In this document: one piece after another, positions 1 through 8,882 of the stretch
How the letters are laid out: the number at the start of each line of letters is the position of its first letter
How positions within the stretch are numbered: the first letter of the stretch is position 1
DNA from: Dehalococcoidia bacterium
GTDB taxonomy: Bacteria > Chloroflexota > Dehalococcoidia > Lucifugimonadales > UBA2985
Assembly: GCA_965221925.1 (NCBI GenBank)
Contig: OZ244924.1
Location: 1,161,352-1,225,351, forward strand
Reading direction: 5' to 3'
Length of the DNA: 64,000 nucleotides
The notes under the pieces: generated by a model
Database searches by the model: none
Seen by the model: only the letters and a program-made list of their open reading frames with translations
Told to the model about the DNA's origin: nothing
Translations under genes and position numbers: made by a program

Positions 1-695
1 AGCGTCATGCCGTGGTCTTCGAGCAGGGCCAGCTCTACCACCCGCAGGCGCTCCTCCTCCTTCAGCCACCCAAGGCCCCTCCCCTCGTTGGGGTGAGCGT
101 CCTTCAGCTCCCGCCACTCGACGATGAGCGCCCACGCATCGCCGAACACATCCTCGTCGTCCTCGGCGGGCTCCCGCGTCACGAGGTCGGGGTACTCCCG
201 CCGCACCCTGGGTCTCGACGTGGGTTGTCTGCCCCGGCCCGACGCACCGCTCTCCGACTGGGAGGGACCGGCGCCGGCATGACCGGCCCCGGTCCCCTGG
301 GCATCGCTGCTCTTCAGCGCTTCAACCCGGCCCTCGACGGCAGCTATCCGCCTGCGCAAGTCCTTGCCCAGGGTGTCATATCCCTTCGCCATCTCGTCAC
401 CGCCCTTCTCCAGCGCCTCCACCCGCTTCTCCAACCTGTCGTTGCGCTCCCGCTGCCGGGCCGCAGCCGAGCCGACGCCCTCCTGCAACGCCCGCTCCAG
501 AGCCTGACGCACCCTCCGGGGCAGCTGCCCCGTCCTCGCGCACTCGGCCACCGTCCGCTGGTCCAGCTCCAGCACCCTCGCCGCGCCCTTGAAGCCCTTG
601 TCCCGCACCAGCTCTTGCAGCAGCGTCATGAGCCGCATGTGGTAGACGTTCTCCACGTCTTTGCTGTCCTCGATGCCGTGTTCGGTGGTCTTCAT
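1..695 (-). CDS. HTH + coiled-coil regulator-like protein; C-terminus runs off the window edge. Paralog of 39283..40116 and 38453..39181
   Basis: Reverse-strand ATG at 693-695 opens a frame with no stop inside the window, so it is absent from the ORF track. It reads MKTTEHGIEDSKDVENVYHMRLMTLLQELVRDKGFKGAARVLELDQRTVAECARTGQLPRRVRQALERALQEGVGSAAARQRERNDRLEKRVEALE...EDDEDVFGDAWALIVEWRELK. The motif order matches the two complete paralogs. The + strand ORF 12..713 is its antisense shadow. Confidence 0.7.
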   Translation of the reverse strand, partial: MKTTEHGIEDSKDVENVYHMRLMTLLQELVRDKGFKGAARVLELDQRTVAECARTGQLPRRVRQALERALQEGVGSAAARQRERNDRLEKRVEALEKGGDEMAKGYDTLGKDLRRRIAAVEGRVEALKSSDAQGTGAGHAGAGPSQSESGASGRGRQPTSRPRVRREYPDLVTREPAEDDEDVFGDAWALIVEWRELKDAHPNEGRGLGWLKEEERLRVVELALLEDHGMT

Positions 696-1178
696 CGACT
701 TTCCTCCTGCTGAAAACTCCGCCTGACCCTCCGGCCAGCCACTGTCCGGCCCTTCCCACGGTCTCCTGCCACGTTTTCCGGGGACGTCATGCACCCCCAC
801 TTCAATCGCATTTTCCTGGGCCTAATGTCATTGGGACGCCGCTTCAACAGAACCGCCGATGTCATTCCCCACGTTTGGCGATGTCATTGCCGTCCGGAAC
901 ACCGTGTTTCGACCAAGTGTTTCCTGTTCACGTCCTATAGAGGGGCGTTTTACCCTTGTTTCAGCTACGAAACCACGACTCTGGCCGCTCTGTTACCAAA
1001 CTCAAACTCCTGTACACCCCCAATACTGCACGAAAGGGGCTGAAAAAAAGAGGGCCTATAACCCCCCGCATCCCTGCGCAGAGCCACGGGGGAACGGCCT
1101 GTAACGCCCCGCATTCGTGCGCAGAGCTATGAGGGGTCTTATTTCCGGTTTCATTTGCTCACACTTTTCTGCGACCGC
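655..1178. repeat. Conserved ~520-bp non-coding module, copy 1 (copy 2 at 41625..42145); candidate oriT/operator region
   Basis: Near-colinear nucleotide similarity to 41625-42145. Shared blocks include GATGCCGTGTTCGG, ATGCACCCCCACTTCAA, three ATGTCATT repeats (825, 859, 881), CTGTACACCCCCAATACTGCACGAAAG and two 21-bp direct repeats CCCCGCATnCnTGCGCAGAGC (1064-1084, 1107-1127). ORFs 789..1043 and 859..1104 inside it look non-coding. Confidence 0.85.
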
Positions 1179-1230
1179 CGTAATCCGGCCATTGGCGGCA
1201 GACCGCAGAAGAGAGGTGAACGAGTTGGCG

Positions 1231-1830
1231 ATGAGAACGAAACTCCGATCCGTTAGACGGCTTCTTCCCCTGGCAACCGCGCTGGTCTTAGCGGCGCTTC
1301 TGGCAACCCCCGCAAGCAACATCGCCCTGGCCCAGGCCCCGCCCGGTAACGAGCTAACCCTGGTCAACGCCGACCGGGAACTGGTGGAGCGCAAGGGCGG
1401 CGGCGAGTTCGTCGCCCGTCCCATCTTCGACCGCGAGATCGAGAACCTCTTCTACGCCGTCCGCGACGCCGACACGGGCGACTGGATAACCGCCATGTAC
1501 CGGGTCAATGGGGGTGAGAAGAAGCTCCGCGAGGGCTGGGAGTACTCCTGGGAGTACCCCGACCTCGACGAGCACCCCGAGCTCGACCGGGACAGGGCCT
1601 ACCTGCTGGTCATGCTGGCCGTCGCCGAGGACGGCAGGAGAGGCGAGTTCTACGCCGTCGTCCCCATCCACGAACCCGGACGCATCTGGGACAAGATTCT
1701 GAGCGCCCTCAACCCCGCAAGATGGGCGAGGGCCTTCGCCGGCTGGGTGATCGAGGGAGTCCATGGGACCCTCTGCGGGGTGGTGGAGCGGGCCTCGGGC
1801 GGGGACGCCGACAACTGTGGGGGTGGGTAG
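1231..1830 (+). CDS. Secreted protein of unknown function; first gene of the T4SS-like operon
   Basis: ATG at 1231 in frame with ORF 1117..1830. N-terminus MRTKLRSVRRLLPLATALVLAALLATPASNIALAQA looks like a signal peptide. GAGAGG lies upstream. Confidence 0.6.
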   Translation: MRTKLRSVRRLLPLATALVLAALLATPASNIALAQAPPGNELTLVNADRELVERKGGGEFVARPIFDREIENLFYAVRDADTGDWITAMYRVNGGEKKLREGWEYSWEYPDLDEHPELDRDRAYLLVMLAVAEDGRRGEFYAVVPIHEPGRIWDKILSALNPARWARAFAGWVIEGVHGTLCGVVERASGGDADNCGGG

Positions 1831-1833
1831 CCC

Positions 1834-2811
1834 ATGAGCGACATCCTCACCGGCACCCCTCCCGACCTCACCTACGCCAACGACCTGGTGCGCCAGGCGT
1901 GGCTGGTCGTTTGGGCCGTCACATCGGGTGCCCTGGTGGTGATCCTCGGCTGGATGGGGCTGAGCCTCATCGTCTCCGAGCATCTTGGACGCCAGCAGGC
2001 GGGCTGGCGGGAGATGGTCCCCCGGCTCGTTTTGGGCCTTGTAGCCGCAGCGTCGTCCCTGTGGTGGTGCGCCCTGGTCATCGACGTGGCCGACGCCGTG
2101 TCCGGCTTCATCGCCGTCTCCCTCAACGTCACCCCCGGAGACATGCTGCGCTCAACGTTGAGCACGCTGCTGACGGCGGTGCAGGCCGGGAGCGTGGGCA
2201 TGGCGCTGCTACTGGCCCTGCTCTACCTGGTCTACGGCTTCTTCGTCCTCTACGTCATCGTGCAGATGGTGCTGCGCCTCGCCCTCATCGACATTCTCTT
2301 GGCCCTGGCCCCCATCGCTTTGGGGCTGTGGATTCTGCCCCACACGGCGGGCTGGGGCCGCCACTGGCTGCGGCTGTTCATGACGACGGTGTTCCAGCAG
2401 GCGGTGCAGCTCATCGCCCTGGCCCTGGGGCTCGGGTTCCTGGGCGAGTTCGCGGCCATCGCCGCCTTCGAGCCGGTGCAGGACCTGATCTGGAAGCTGC
2501 TGATGTCCCTGGCCTTCGTCTACATGGCGACCAGGGTGCCGTCGATGCTGGGCAACTCCGGCACCTTCGACTCCTGGCTCTCGATGCTCTATTTCGGCAT
2601 GAATCTGCCCTCGTCGCTGATGCGCTCGGCCCGGACCATCGGGCTGATGGCGGGCGGGGCCGCCGGAGGGCCGGGCGGGGTTGCGGTGGGAGCGGTTGCC
2701 GCGAGCGCGGGCCTGTCGGCGGCTGGCAGCGGCCTCAACTCGGCGGCTTCGATGGCGACGCCGTCGGCAGGGGGAGGCGGCGTCGGAGAGCCCCGGAGCA
2801 GCGGCGAGTAG
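1834..2811 (+). CDS. Polytopic membrane protein, VirB6/TrbL-like
   Basis: 325 aa with multiple long hydrophobic segments and a Gly/Ala-rich tail. It starts 4 nt after the previous stop and sits next to pilin-like and VirB4-like genes. Confidence 0.6.
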   Translation: MSDILTGTPPDLTYANDLVRQAWLVVWAVTSGALVVILGWMGLSLIVSEHLGRQQAGWREMVPRLVLGLVAAASSLWWCALVIDVADAVSGFIAVSLNVTPGDMLRSTLSTLLTAVQAGSVGMALLLALLYLVYGFFVLYVIVQMVLRLALIDILLALAPIALGLWILPHTAGWGRHWLRLFMTTVFQQAVQLIALALGLGFLGEFAAIAAFEPVQDLIWKLLMSLAFVYMATRVPSMLGNSGTFDSWLSMLYFGMNLPSSLMRSARTIGLMAGGAAGGPGGVAVGAVAASAGLSAAGSGLNSAASMATPSAGGGGVGEPRSSGE

Positions 2812-2978
2812 CCCAACACACGACAACAACGCAACGGCGCGGACGAGACCCGCGCCGGGCGAACGACACGACGGAGGACCAGCGATGTGCAGATAACGGG
2901 GAGTCACCGAGGAGACAAGACGAAGCGATGAACGCCGGTTGTGGGAGACCCGCCCGGCGGCAGAGAGGAGCAATAGCA

Positions 2979-3263
2979 ATGGAACAACTGACACAGACCA
3001 TCTCGAACCTGGTGGGCATCCTGCTGGGCGTCGTGGGAGCGGTGGGCGTCGGCTTCTTCATCTACGGCGCCTACATGTACCTCACCGCCAGTGGAGCGCC
3101 CAACCAGATGGAGCGCGGCAAGAGTGCCATGATGACCGCCCTCGCGGGCATCGTCCTGGCCCTGGTCACCTACGGCGTCGTGGAGCTGGTGATGAACGCG
3201 GTCGTGGACCCGGTCGTGGATATAGAGGACGCCCTGCCCACGCCGGAAGCCCCCAGCAGCTAA
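2979..3263 (+). CDS. Small two-TM protein, VirB2/TrbC pilin-like
   Basis: ATG at 2979 preceded by GAGAGGAG. The 94-aa product is MEQLTQTISNLVGILLGVVGAVGVGFFIYGAYMYLTASGAPNQMERGKSAMMTALAGIVLALVTYGVV, with two hydrophobic helices. Only the last 94 codons of track ORF 1722..3263 look coding. Confidence 0.55.
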   Translation: MEQLTQTISNLVGILLGVVGAVGVGFFIYGAYMYLTASGAPNQMERGKSAMMTALAGIVLALVTYGVVELVMNAVVDPVVDIEDALPTPEAPSS

Positions 3264-3292
3264 TAGGCGGACGCAGTAAGGAGGAACGAGAC

Positions 3293-5008
3293 ATGAGAGA
3301 ACACGAGGTGCCTACCCATGTGCAGGCCGAGGACAGGGTGCTGCTGGGGTTCACCTTCCCGCAGGTCGTGGCGGTGACGGCGGTGTGCGCCATCTCATAC
3401 GGCGCATACCGCTACGCCCCCGTAGGCCCGTCCGAGGTGCGCATGGCCCTGGCCGTCCTCTTCGGGCTGGTTGGCGTGGCGATGGTGGTGGGCAAGATAG
3501 GCGGTCGGCGGCCACCAAGGGCAGCCGCCGACCTGCTGAAGTACAGGCTGGGGGCGAGGCTCTACGCCGGGCCGGTCGCCCAGCTGGTGAGGGCCGAGCC
3601 GCCCGCGCCGGCGCAGCCGGTCAGGAGCGTCCCCGGTCCGCTGAGCCTGATGGCGAAACGAGTCGGGCGTGGGCTGGGAAGGCTGCGCAAGAAGGGGAAG
3701 ACCCGCAAGAACAAAGAGCGCCGCAACGGGCGGATGCGCTGGTTCGGCAAGCGCAGGGGGAAGGACGCCGGGAACAGGCGCGGCCAAGGGCATAAAGCCG
3801 AGACCTTGCAGAGCAGACGCAGGAAGCCCCGCATGGGCTGGATTCCGGTGGTGGCCCTAGCCGTCCTGATGGCGGCTGTCGTGGCCGTCCCTCAGTCGGC
3901 CTTGGCCGACGGCCACGAGCCCTGGCGGGACGAGATCGACTTCGAGGTGAAGGAGCCCGTCACCGGACGGCGGGTATTCGTCGAGGGGTTCACCGTCTCC
4001 GGCGACCGCGCCGCCGTGACCCTGCGGGCCGCCACGGAACTGGACATCCGCGTCCGTGCCTTTGGGGGGAGCGAGGGCAGCGCCCTCCGCTTCTGGGGGT
4101 CGGCAACGCTTGCCGAGGGGGAGCGGATCGACTACTCGCTCCCCCTCCACGGCCCCGCGCCGTCCTTCACCGTCTCGTGGGAGGACACCCTCGGCCAAGC
4201 CGGGGCCGTCACCTTCGAGGAAGCACAGCTTCCCTTCCCCCTTCCAGTCGTGGAGGGGGAGCTTTGCGACCTTCGCGTGACCTCCCTGGGCTGGACGCCC
4301 GGAGCCGTCAGCGGAGTTATCGAGTCCGAGTGCGTCACGCGCATCGAGCACCCGGTCGAGCTTCAGACGGTGGCCGGACACACCGACGTGATCCAGACGT
4401 CCCTGATGGACGCCCAGGTGACGGCGGTCACGGGCACCGTCGCCGCCGCGACCGGCGCGTCCCAGGCGAGCGTCGCCTTCGTCCCCAACGGCGAGACCAG
4501 CTTCCGGCTTCCCATCGGGGATAGTCAGGCGATTCACGCCGTGAGCGTGGACGTTAGCCTGGAGGCGAGCCTCCGCATCCCCATCCCCCCGCTGACGCAG
4601 CTCACCCACCACCCGGAGCGGGTCGAACACGTCACCAAGACCGTGCACCTCCATCGGCCGGGGGACAGCGACTCCGACAGTGAGACGGCGACGGGCACCT
4701 GCGAGGACGGCTCCACGTCGTCCGCCACCGCGACGGCCTACGCCTACGTCCCCAGCGCCACCATCGCCAGGGAGGTGACGGTGGAGGTCCTGCACAAGGA
4801 GCACGTCAAGGCCGAGACGGTGGAGCGAGAGCCGGTCACCCGCACCCGCGAGGAGTCCCTGAGCCTTGCGGCCGCAGTCGGCTCCGACGACCCCCTCGCC
4901 GTCCTGGTCCTGCCGGGGCCGGAGCCGGAGGACCCGCCCGCCGAGCAGGAGCCAGCGGACGGGTTGCGCAGCTGGTTCGACCTGCTGGGATGGGAGTGGC
5001 CCTGGTGA
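3293..5008 (+). CDS. PrgI/VirB3-like N-terminal membrane domain fused to a large extracytoplasmic region
   Basis: ATG at 3293 preceded by AAGGAGGA. N-terminus MREHEVPTHVQAEDRVLLGFTFPQVVAVTAVCAISYGAY resembles the PrgI-family signature (V/IPxxVxxEDrvLxxLTxxQ). A basic linker follows, then a second signal-like segment MGWIPVVALAVLMAAVVAVPQSALA at ~3833. Confidence 0.55.
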   Translation: MREHEVPTHVQAEDRVLLGFTFPQVVAVTAVCAISYGAYRYAPVGPSEVRMALAVLFGLVGVAMVVGKIGGRRPPRAAADLLKYRLGARLYAGPVAQLVRAEPPAPAQPVRSVPGPLSLMAKRVGRGLGRLRKKGKTRKNKERRNGRMRWFGKRRGKDAGNRRGQGHKAETLQSRRRKPRMGWIPVVALAVLMAAVVAVPQSALADGHEPWRDEIDFEVKEPVTGRRVFVEGFTVSGDRAAVTLRAATELDIRVRAFGGSEGSALRFWGSATLAEGERIDYSLPLHGPAPSFTVSWEDTLGQAGAVTFEEAQLPFPLPVVEGELCDLRVTSLGWTPGAVSGVIESECVTRIEHPVELQTVAGHTDVIQTSLMDAQVTAVTGTVAAATGASQASVAFVPNGETSFRLPIGDSQAIHAVSVDVSLEASLRIPIPPLTQLTHHPERVEHVTKTVHLHRPGDSDSDSETATGTCEDGSTSSATATAYAYVPSATIAREVTVEVLHKEHVKAETVEREPVTRTREESLSLAAAVGSDDPLAVLVLPGPEPEDPPAEQEPADGLRSWFDLLGWEWPW

Positions 5009-5322
5009 GGCGGGCGACGGCCCTGCTGCCGCTGACCGGCGCGGCCCTCGTCTTCATGGGGGCCTCGCCGGAAGAGGAAGCGATGCTTCACGCCTTCGAC
5101 CGCGTGCTCACGGCGATGGCCTACGCCGCCTCCGGCCTCTGCCTTTTCGCCATCGTCTGGGCCGGGTTCGTCCTGATGGCCGAGGGAGGCGAGGAGCGCG
5201 GCGGCGGACGGGCCAAGGCCGCCGTCGTCATGGCGGTCGTCGGCCTGGTGCTGGTGCTGTCGGCCAAGGGCGTCGCCGCCCTGCTGAAGCACGGCATCAT
5301 CCCATCCTTCCCAACCCCATAG
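4990..5322 (+). CDS. Small membrane protein, second pilin-like/TrbC-like candidate
   Basis: 110 aa with a signal-like N-terminus and two hydrophobic helices (LCLFAIVWAGFVLMA, AVVMAVVGLVLVLSA). It overlaps the previous gene's end by 19 nt. Confidence 0.45.
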   Translation: MGVALVRRATALLPLTGAALVFMGASPEEEAMLHAFDRVLTAMAYAASGLCLFAIVWAGFVLMAEGGEERGGGRAKAAVVMAVVGLVLVLSAKGVAALLKHGIIPSFPTP

Positions 5323-5342
5323 AGAAAAGGAAGCAAACCGAA

Positions 5343-7616
5343 TTGAAGAAGCTGATTGAACGAATCACGAGGCGCGGAGGGGAGACGCCGCCAAGCGAGT
5401 CTGCCGCTCCGCAGGAGATGCCGGAGGGCCAACTCCCCACGGAGTCAGCACCCTGTGGAACGACGGAGGCCGCGCCCAAGCCCCCGCCCGAGCTGCCCCT
5501 GTTCTTCATGCTGTCGCACCTGGACGACGACGGGCCGGTGCGCCTGGACGGGGTGAAGCTCGGCGTGTGCGAGGTGATGGGCCTGGAGATCGACGAGCCG
5601 AAGCTGGGGGCGTTCGCAGGGGCGCTCAACGCCCTGGACTTCCCCGCCCAGCTGCTCATCAGGCAGCACCCGCCGCGGCTCGGAGGGATGCGGGCGAAGC
5701 TGAAGGAGTCCCAACCGGACGACCTTCCCCCGCAGACGAGGGCCGCCGCCGAGTCCCTCCAGCGTCTCTTGACCGACCTGGAGGCCCGCGACGGCATCCT
5801 CGACCGGCGCTTCTACGCCGTGTGCGAGTTCGAGCGGGCCGACGAGCTGCGCGGCCTGCTGGCAAGGGCCGGTCTGTCCGTCCACCCCCTCAGAGGCCGC
5901 CAGCTTCGGATGTTTTTCGTAGCAGCCGCCCTGGGCGGCTCACCCTCCGAGCTTGACGAGGAGACGCCGGTGGAGGTGGAGATGCGCCGACGCGAGGTGC
6001 GCGTCGGAGACCGTCTGGTGCGCTCCCTCCACCTGGGCAAGTGGCCCCGCTCGCTGGCCCCCGGCTTCCTCCAGGGGCTGATGGCAGCCGGAGCGCCGAT
6101 GGACCTGGCAGTCCACGTCGGCCCAATACCCGCTGAGCAGGCGGCGAGGACGCTGGAGTGGCAGAAGGTCAGATTCGAGTCGGCGCAGAGCCTGTCATTC
6201 AAGCGGGGCCGCACCATGTCGCCCGAGGCGGAGATCGCCCTGGAGGACATCACCCGGCTGCGCGACGAGGTGCAGCGGGGACGGGAGAGGCTCTTTCATG
6301 CCTCTCTGTCGGTCACCCTGCACGCGAAGGACGAGGCGTCCCTGAAGGAGATGACCCAGCGGGCCAGGGCCCACTTCGCCGCCACGCTGGGCAAGCTCGA
6401 TCCCCTGGCCTTCCGGCAGCGCGAGGGCATCCTGTCCACGCTGCCCCTGGCCCTGAACGCCGTGGCCGAGTGGAGAACGCTGGACACGTCGTCCCTGGCC
6501 CGGCTCTTCCCCTTCTCGCCCCCCGACCTGGACACGAGGCAGGGCACCCTCTACGGCATCGACATGCGGGCCTGCGCCCCGGTGGTCTACGACCCCTGGG
6601 ACGGCACCCACCTGAACGCCAACACCGCCGTCCTCGCCCGCTCCGGCAGCGGCAAGAGCTTCGCCACGAAGCTCGGCGTGCTCAGGGGTCTGACGAGAGG
6701 CGTGACCGCCTACGTCATCGACCCCGAGGGCGAGTACGCGGACATGGCGAGGGCGGCGGGCGGGCGGGTGCTCTCTCCCGGAGTGCCGGGCCAGGGCATG
6801 AACCCCTTCGTCATCGACAGGGGCGACTCCGAGGAGCTGCTCCAGCGCATCGGCAGCCTCAGAAGGCTGATCGAGGTGATGGTGGGCGAGCGGCTGAGCG
6901 CCGACCGTCGCGCCTCCCTCGACCACGCCCTGGCGGGCTACTACGCCCAGACCCGCGAGCGCACCGGCTTTCGCGACTTCTACAGGTACCTCCAGGAAGA
7001 CGAGTCCGGAGACCCCGGTCTCGCAAGGCTGCTGCGCCCCTTCGCCACCGGCAGCCTGCGCCACCTCCTCTCCTACGAGGGCGACGACCTGCTGTCCAAC
7101 GAGGCCCTGGTGACGGTCTTCGACCTGCGGCTGCTGGAGCCGGAGCTTCGGCCCGCCGCCGCGATGGTCTGCACCGAGACGGTGTGGGCCGCCGCCCAGG
7201 ACCCCAAGCCGAGGCTGCTGGTGGTGGACGAGGTGTGGAGCATCATGCAGCACCCCGAAGGCGCGGCCTTCATGGTGTCGATGGCGAAGCGGGCGCGGAA
7301 GCACCGGCTGGGGTTGCAGTTCATCACCCAGGACGTCCAGGACCTGCTCAGCGAGGACACCTCCCGCGCCATCACCGGCCACAGCGGGAGGGCGCTGCTC
7401 CAGAACGCCGCCTTCAAATTGCTGCTCCAGCAGGACGCAGCCGCCATAAGCACGGTGGGCGACGCCTTCGACCTGCCCGAAGACCTTCAACGCTGGCTGC
7501 TTTCGTGCCCCAGGGGAGACGGCCTGCTGCTGGCGAAGGGATACCGCTTCCCCGTGCGCATCGAGGCGACGCCGGAGGAGACGGAGGTGATCGAGTGGAG
7601 GCCGGGCAGGCGCTAG
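5343..7616 (+). CDS. virB4: VirB4/TrbE-family T4SS ATPase
   Basis: Walker A is VLARSGSGKSFATK and Walker B is RLLVVDEVWSIM; size and context fit. The start is set at TTG 5343 because AAAGGAAG lies 9 nt upstream and the same upstream motif precedes the coupling-protein gene. An internal ATG at 5418 is an alternative. The track ORF 4866.. N-terminal extension looks non-coding. Confidence 0.85.
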   Translation: MKKLIERITRRGGETPPSESAAPQEMPEGQLPTESAPCGTTEAAPKPPPELPLFFMLSHLDDDGPVRLDGVKLGVCEVMGLEIDEPKLGAFAGALNALDFPAQLLIRQHPPRLGGMRAKLKESQPDDLPPQTRAAAESLQRLLTDLEARDGILDRRFYAVCEFERADELRGLLARAGLSVHPLRGRQLRMFFVAAALGGSPSELDEETPVEVEMRRREVRVGDRLVRSLHLGKWPRSLAPGFLQGLMAAGAPMDLAVHVGPIPAEQAARTLEWQKVRFESAQSLSFKRGRTMSPEAEIALEDITRLRDEVQRGRERLFHASLSVTLHAKDEASLKEMTQRARAHFAATLGKLDPLAFRQREGILSTLPLALNAVAEWRTLDTSSLARLFPFSPPDLDTRQGTLYGIDMRACAPVVYDPWDGTHLNANTAVLARSGSGKSFATKLGVLRGLTRGVTAYVIDPEGEYADMARAAGGRVLSPGVPGQGMNPFVIDRGDSEELLQRIGSLRRLIEVMVGERLSADRRASLDHALAGYYAQTRERTGFRDFYRYLQEDESGDPGLARLLRPFATGSLRHLLSYEGDDLLSNEALVTVFDLRLLEPELRPAAAMVCTETVWAAAQDPKPRLLVVDEVWSIMQHPEGAAFMVSMAKRARKHRLGLQFITQDVQDLLSEDTSRAITGHSGRALLQNAAFKLLLQQDAAAISTVGDAFDLPEDLQRWLLSCPRGDGLLLAKGYRFPVRIEATPEETEVIEWRPGRR

Positions 7617-7699
7617 CAGAGCGAAAGGAGGACGAGACGGATGGACGACGGACAACGGCGCGACTACGAACCGACCGACGACCCCAATAGAGAAAGGAA

Positions 7700-8869
<1,170 letters not shown>

Positions 8870-8882
8870 AAGGAAGAAAACC

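Noticed and set aside
12-713. 233-aa + strand ORF, together with the 120-aa minus ORF 397..759
   Set aside because: The products are Pro/Leu/Arg/Gly-rich shadow frames of the real minus-strand HTH gene (1..695), which has clear paralogs.
1722-3263. 513-aa ORF spanning the VirB6-like gene region
   Set aside because: Only the last 94 codons (from ATG 2979, with a good RBS) give a plausible membrane protein. The rest overlaps 1834..2811 out of frame with an Arg/Gly/Pro-rich product.
4866-5342. N-terminal extension of the VirB4 ORF (track start 4866), with similar extensions at 2939..3292 and 26025..26057
   Set aside because: The upstream parts overlap preceding genes with Arg/Gly-rich sequence. 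Better starts with ribosome-binding sites exist at 5343, 3293 and 26058.
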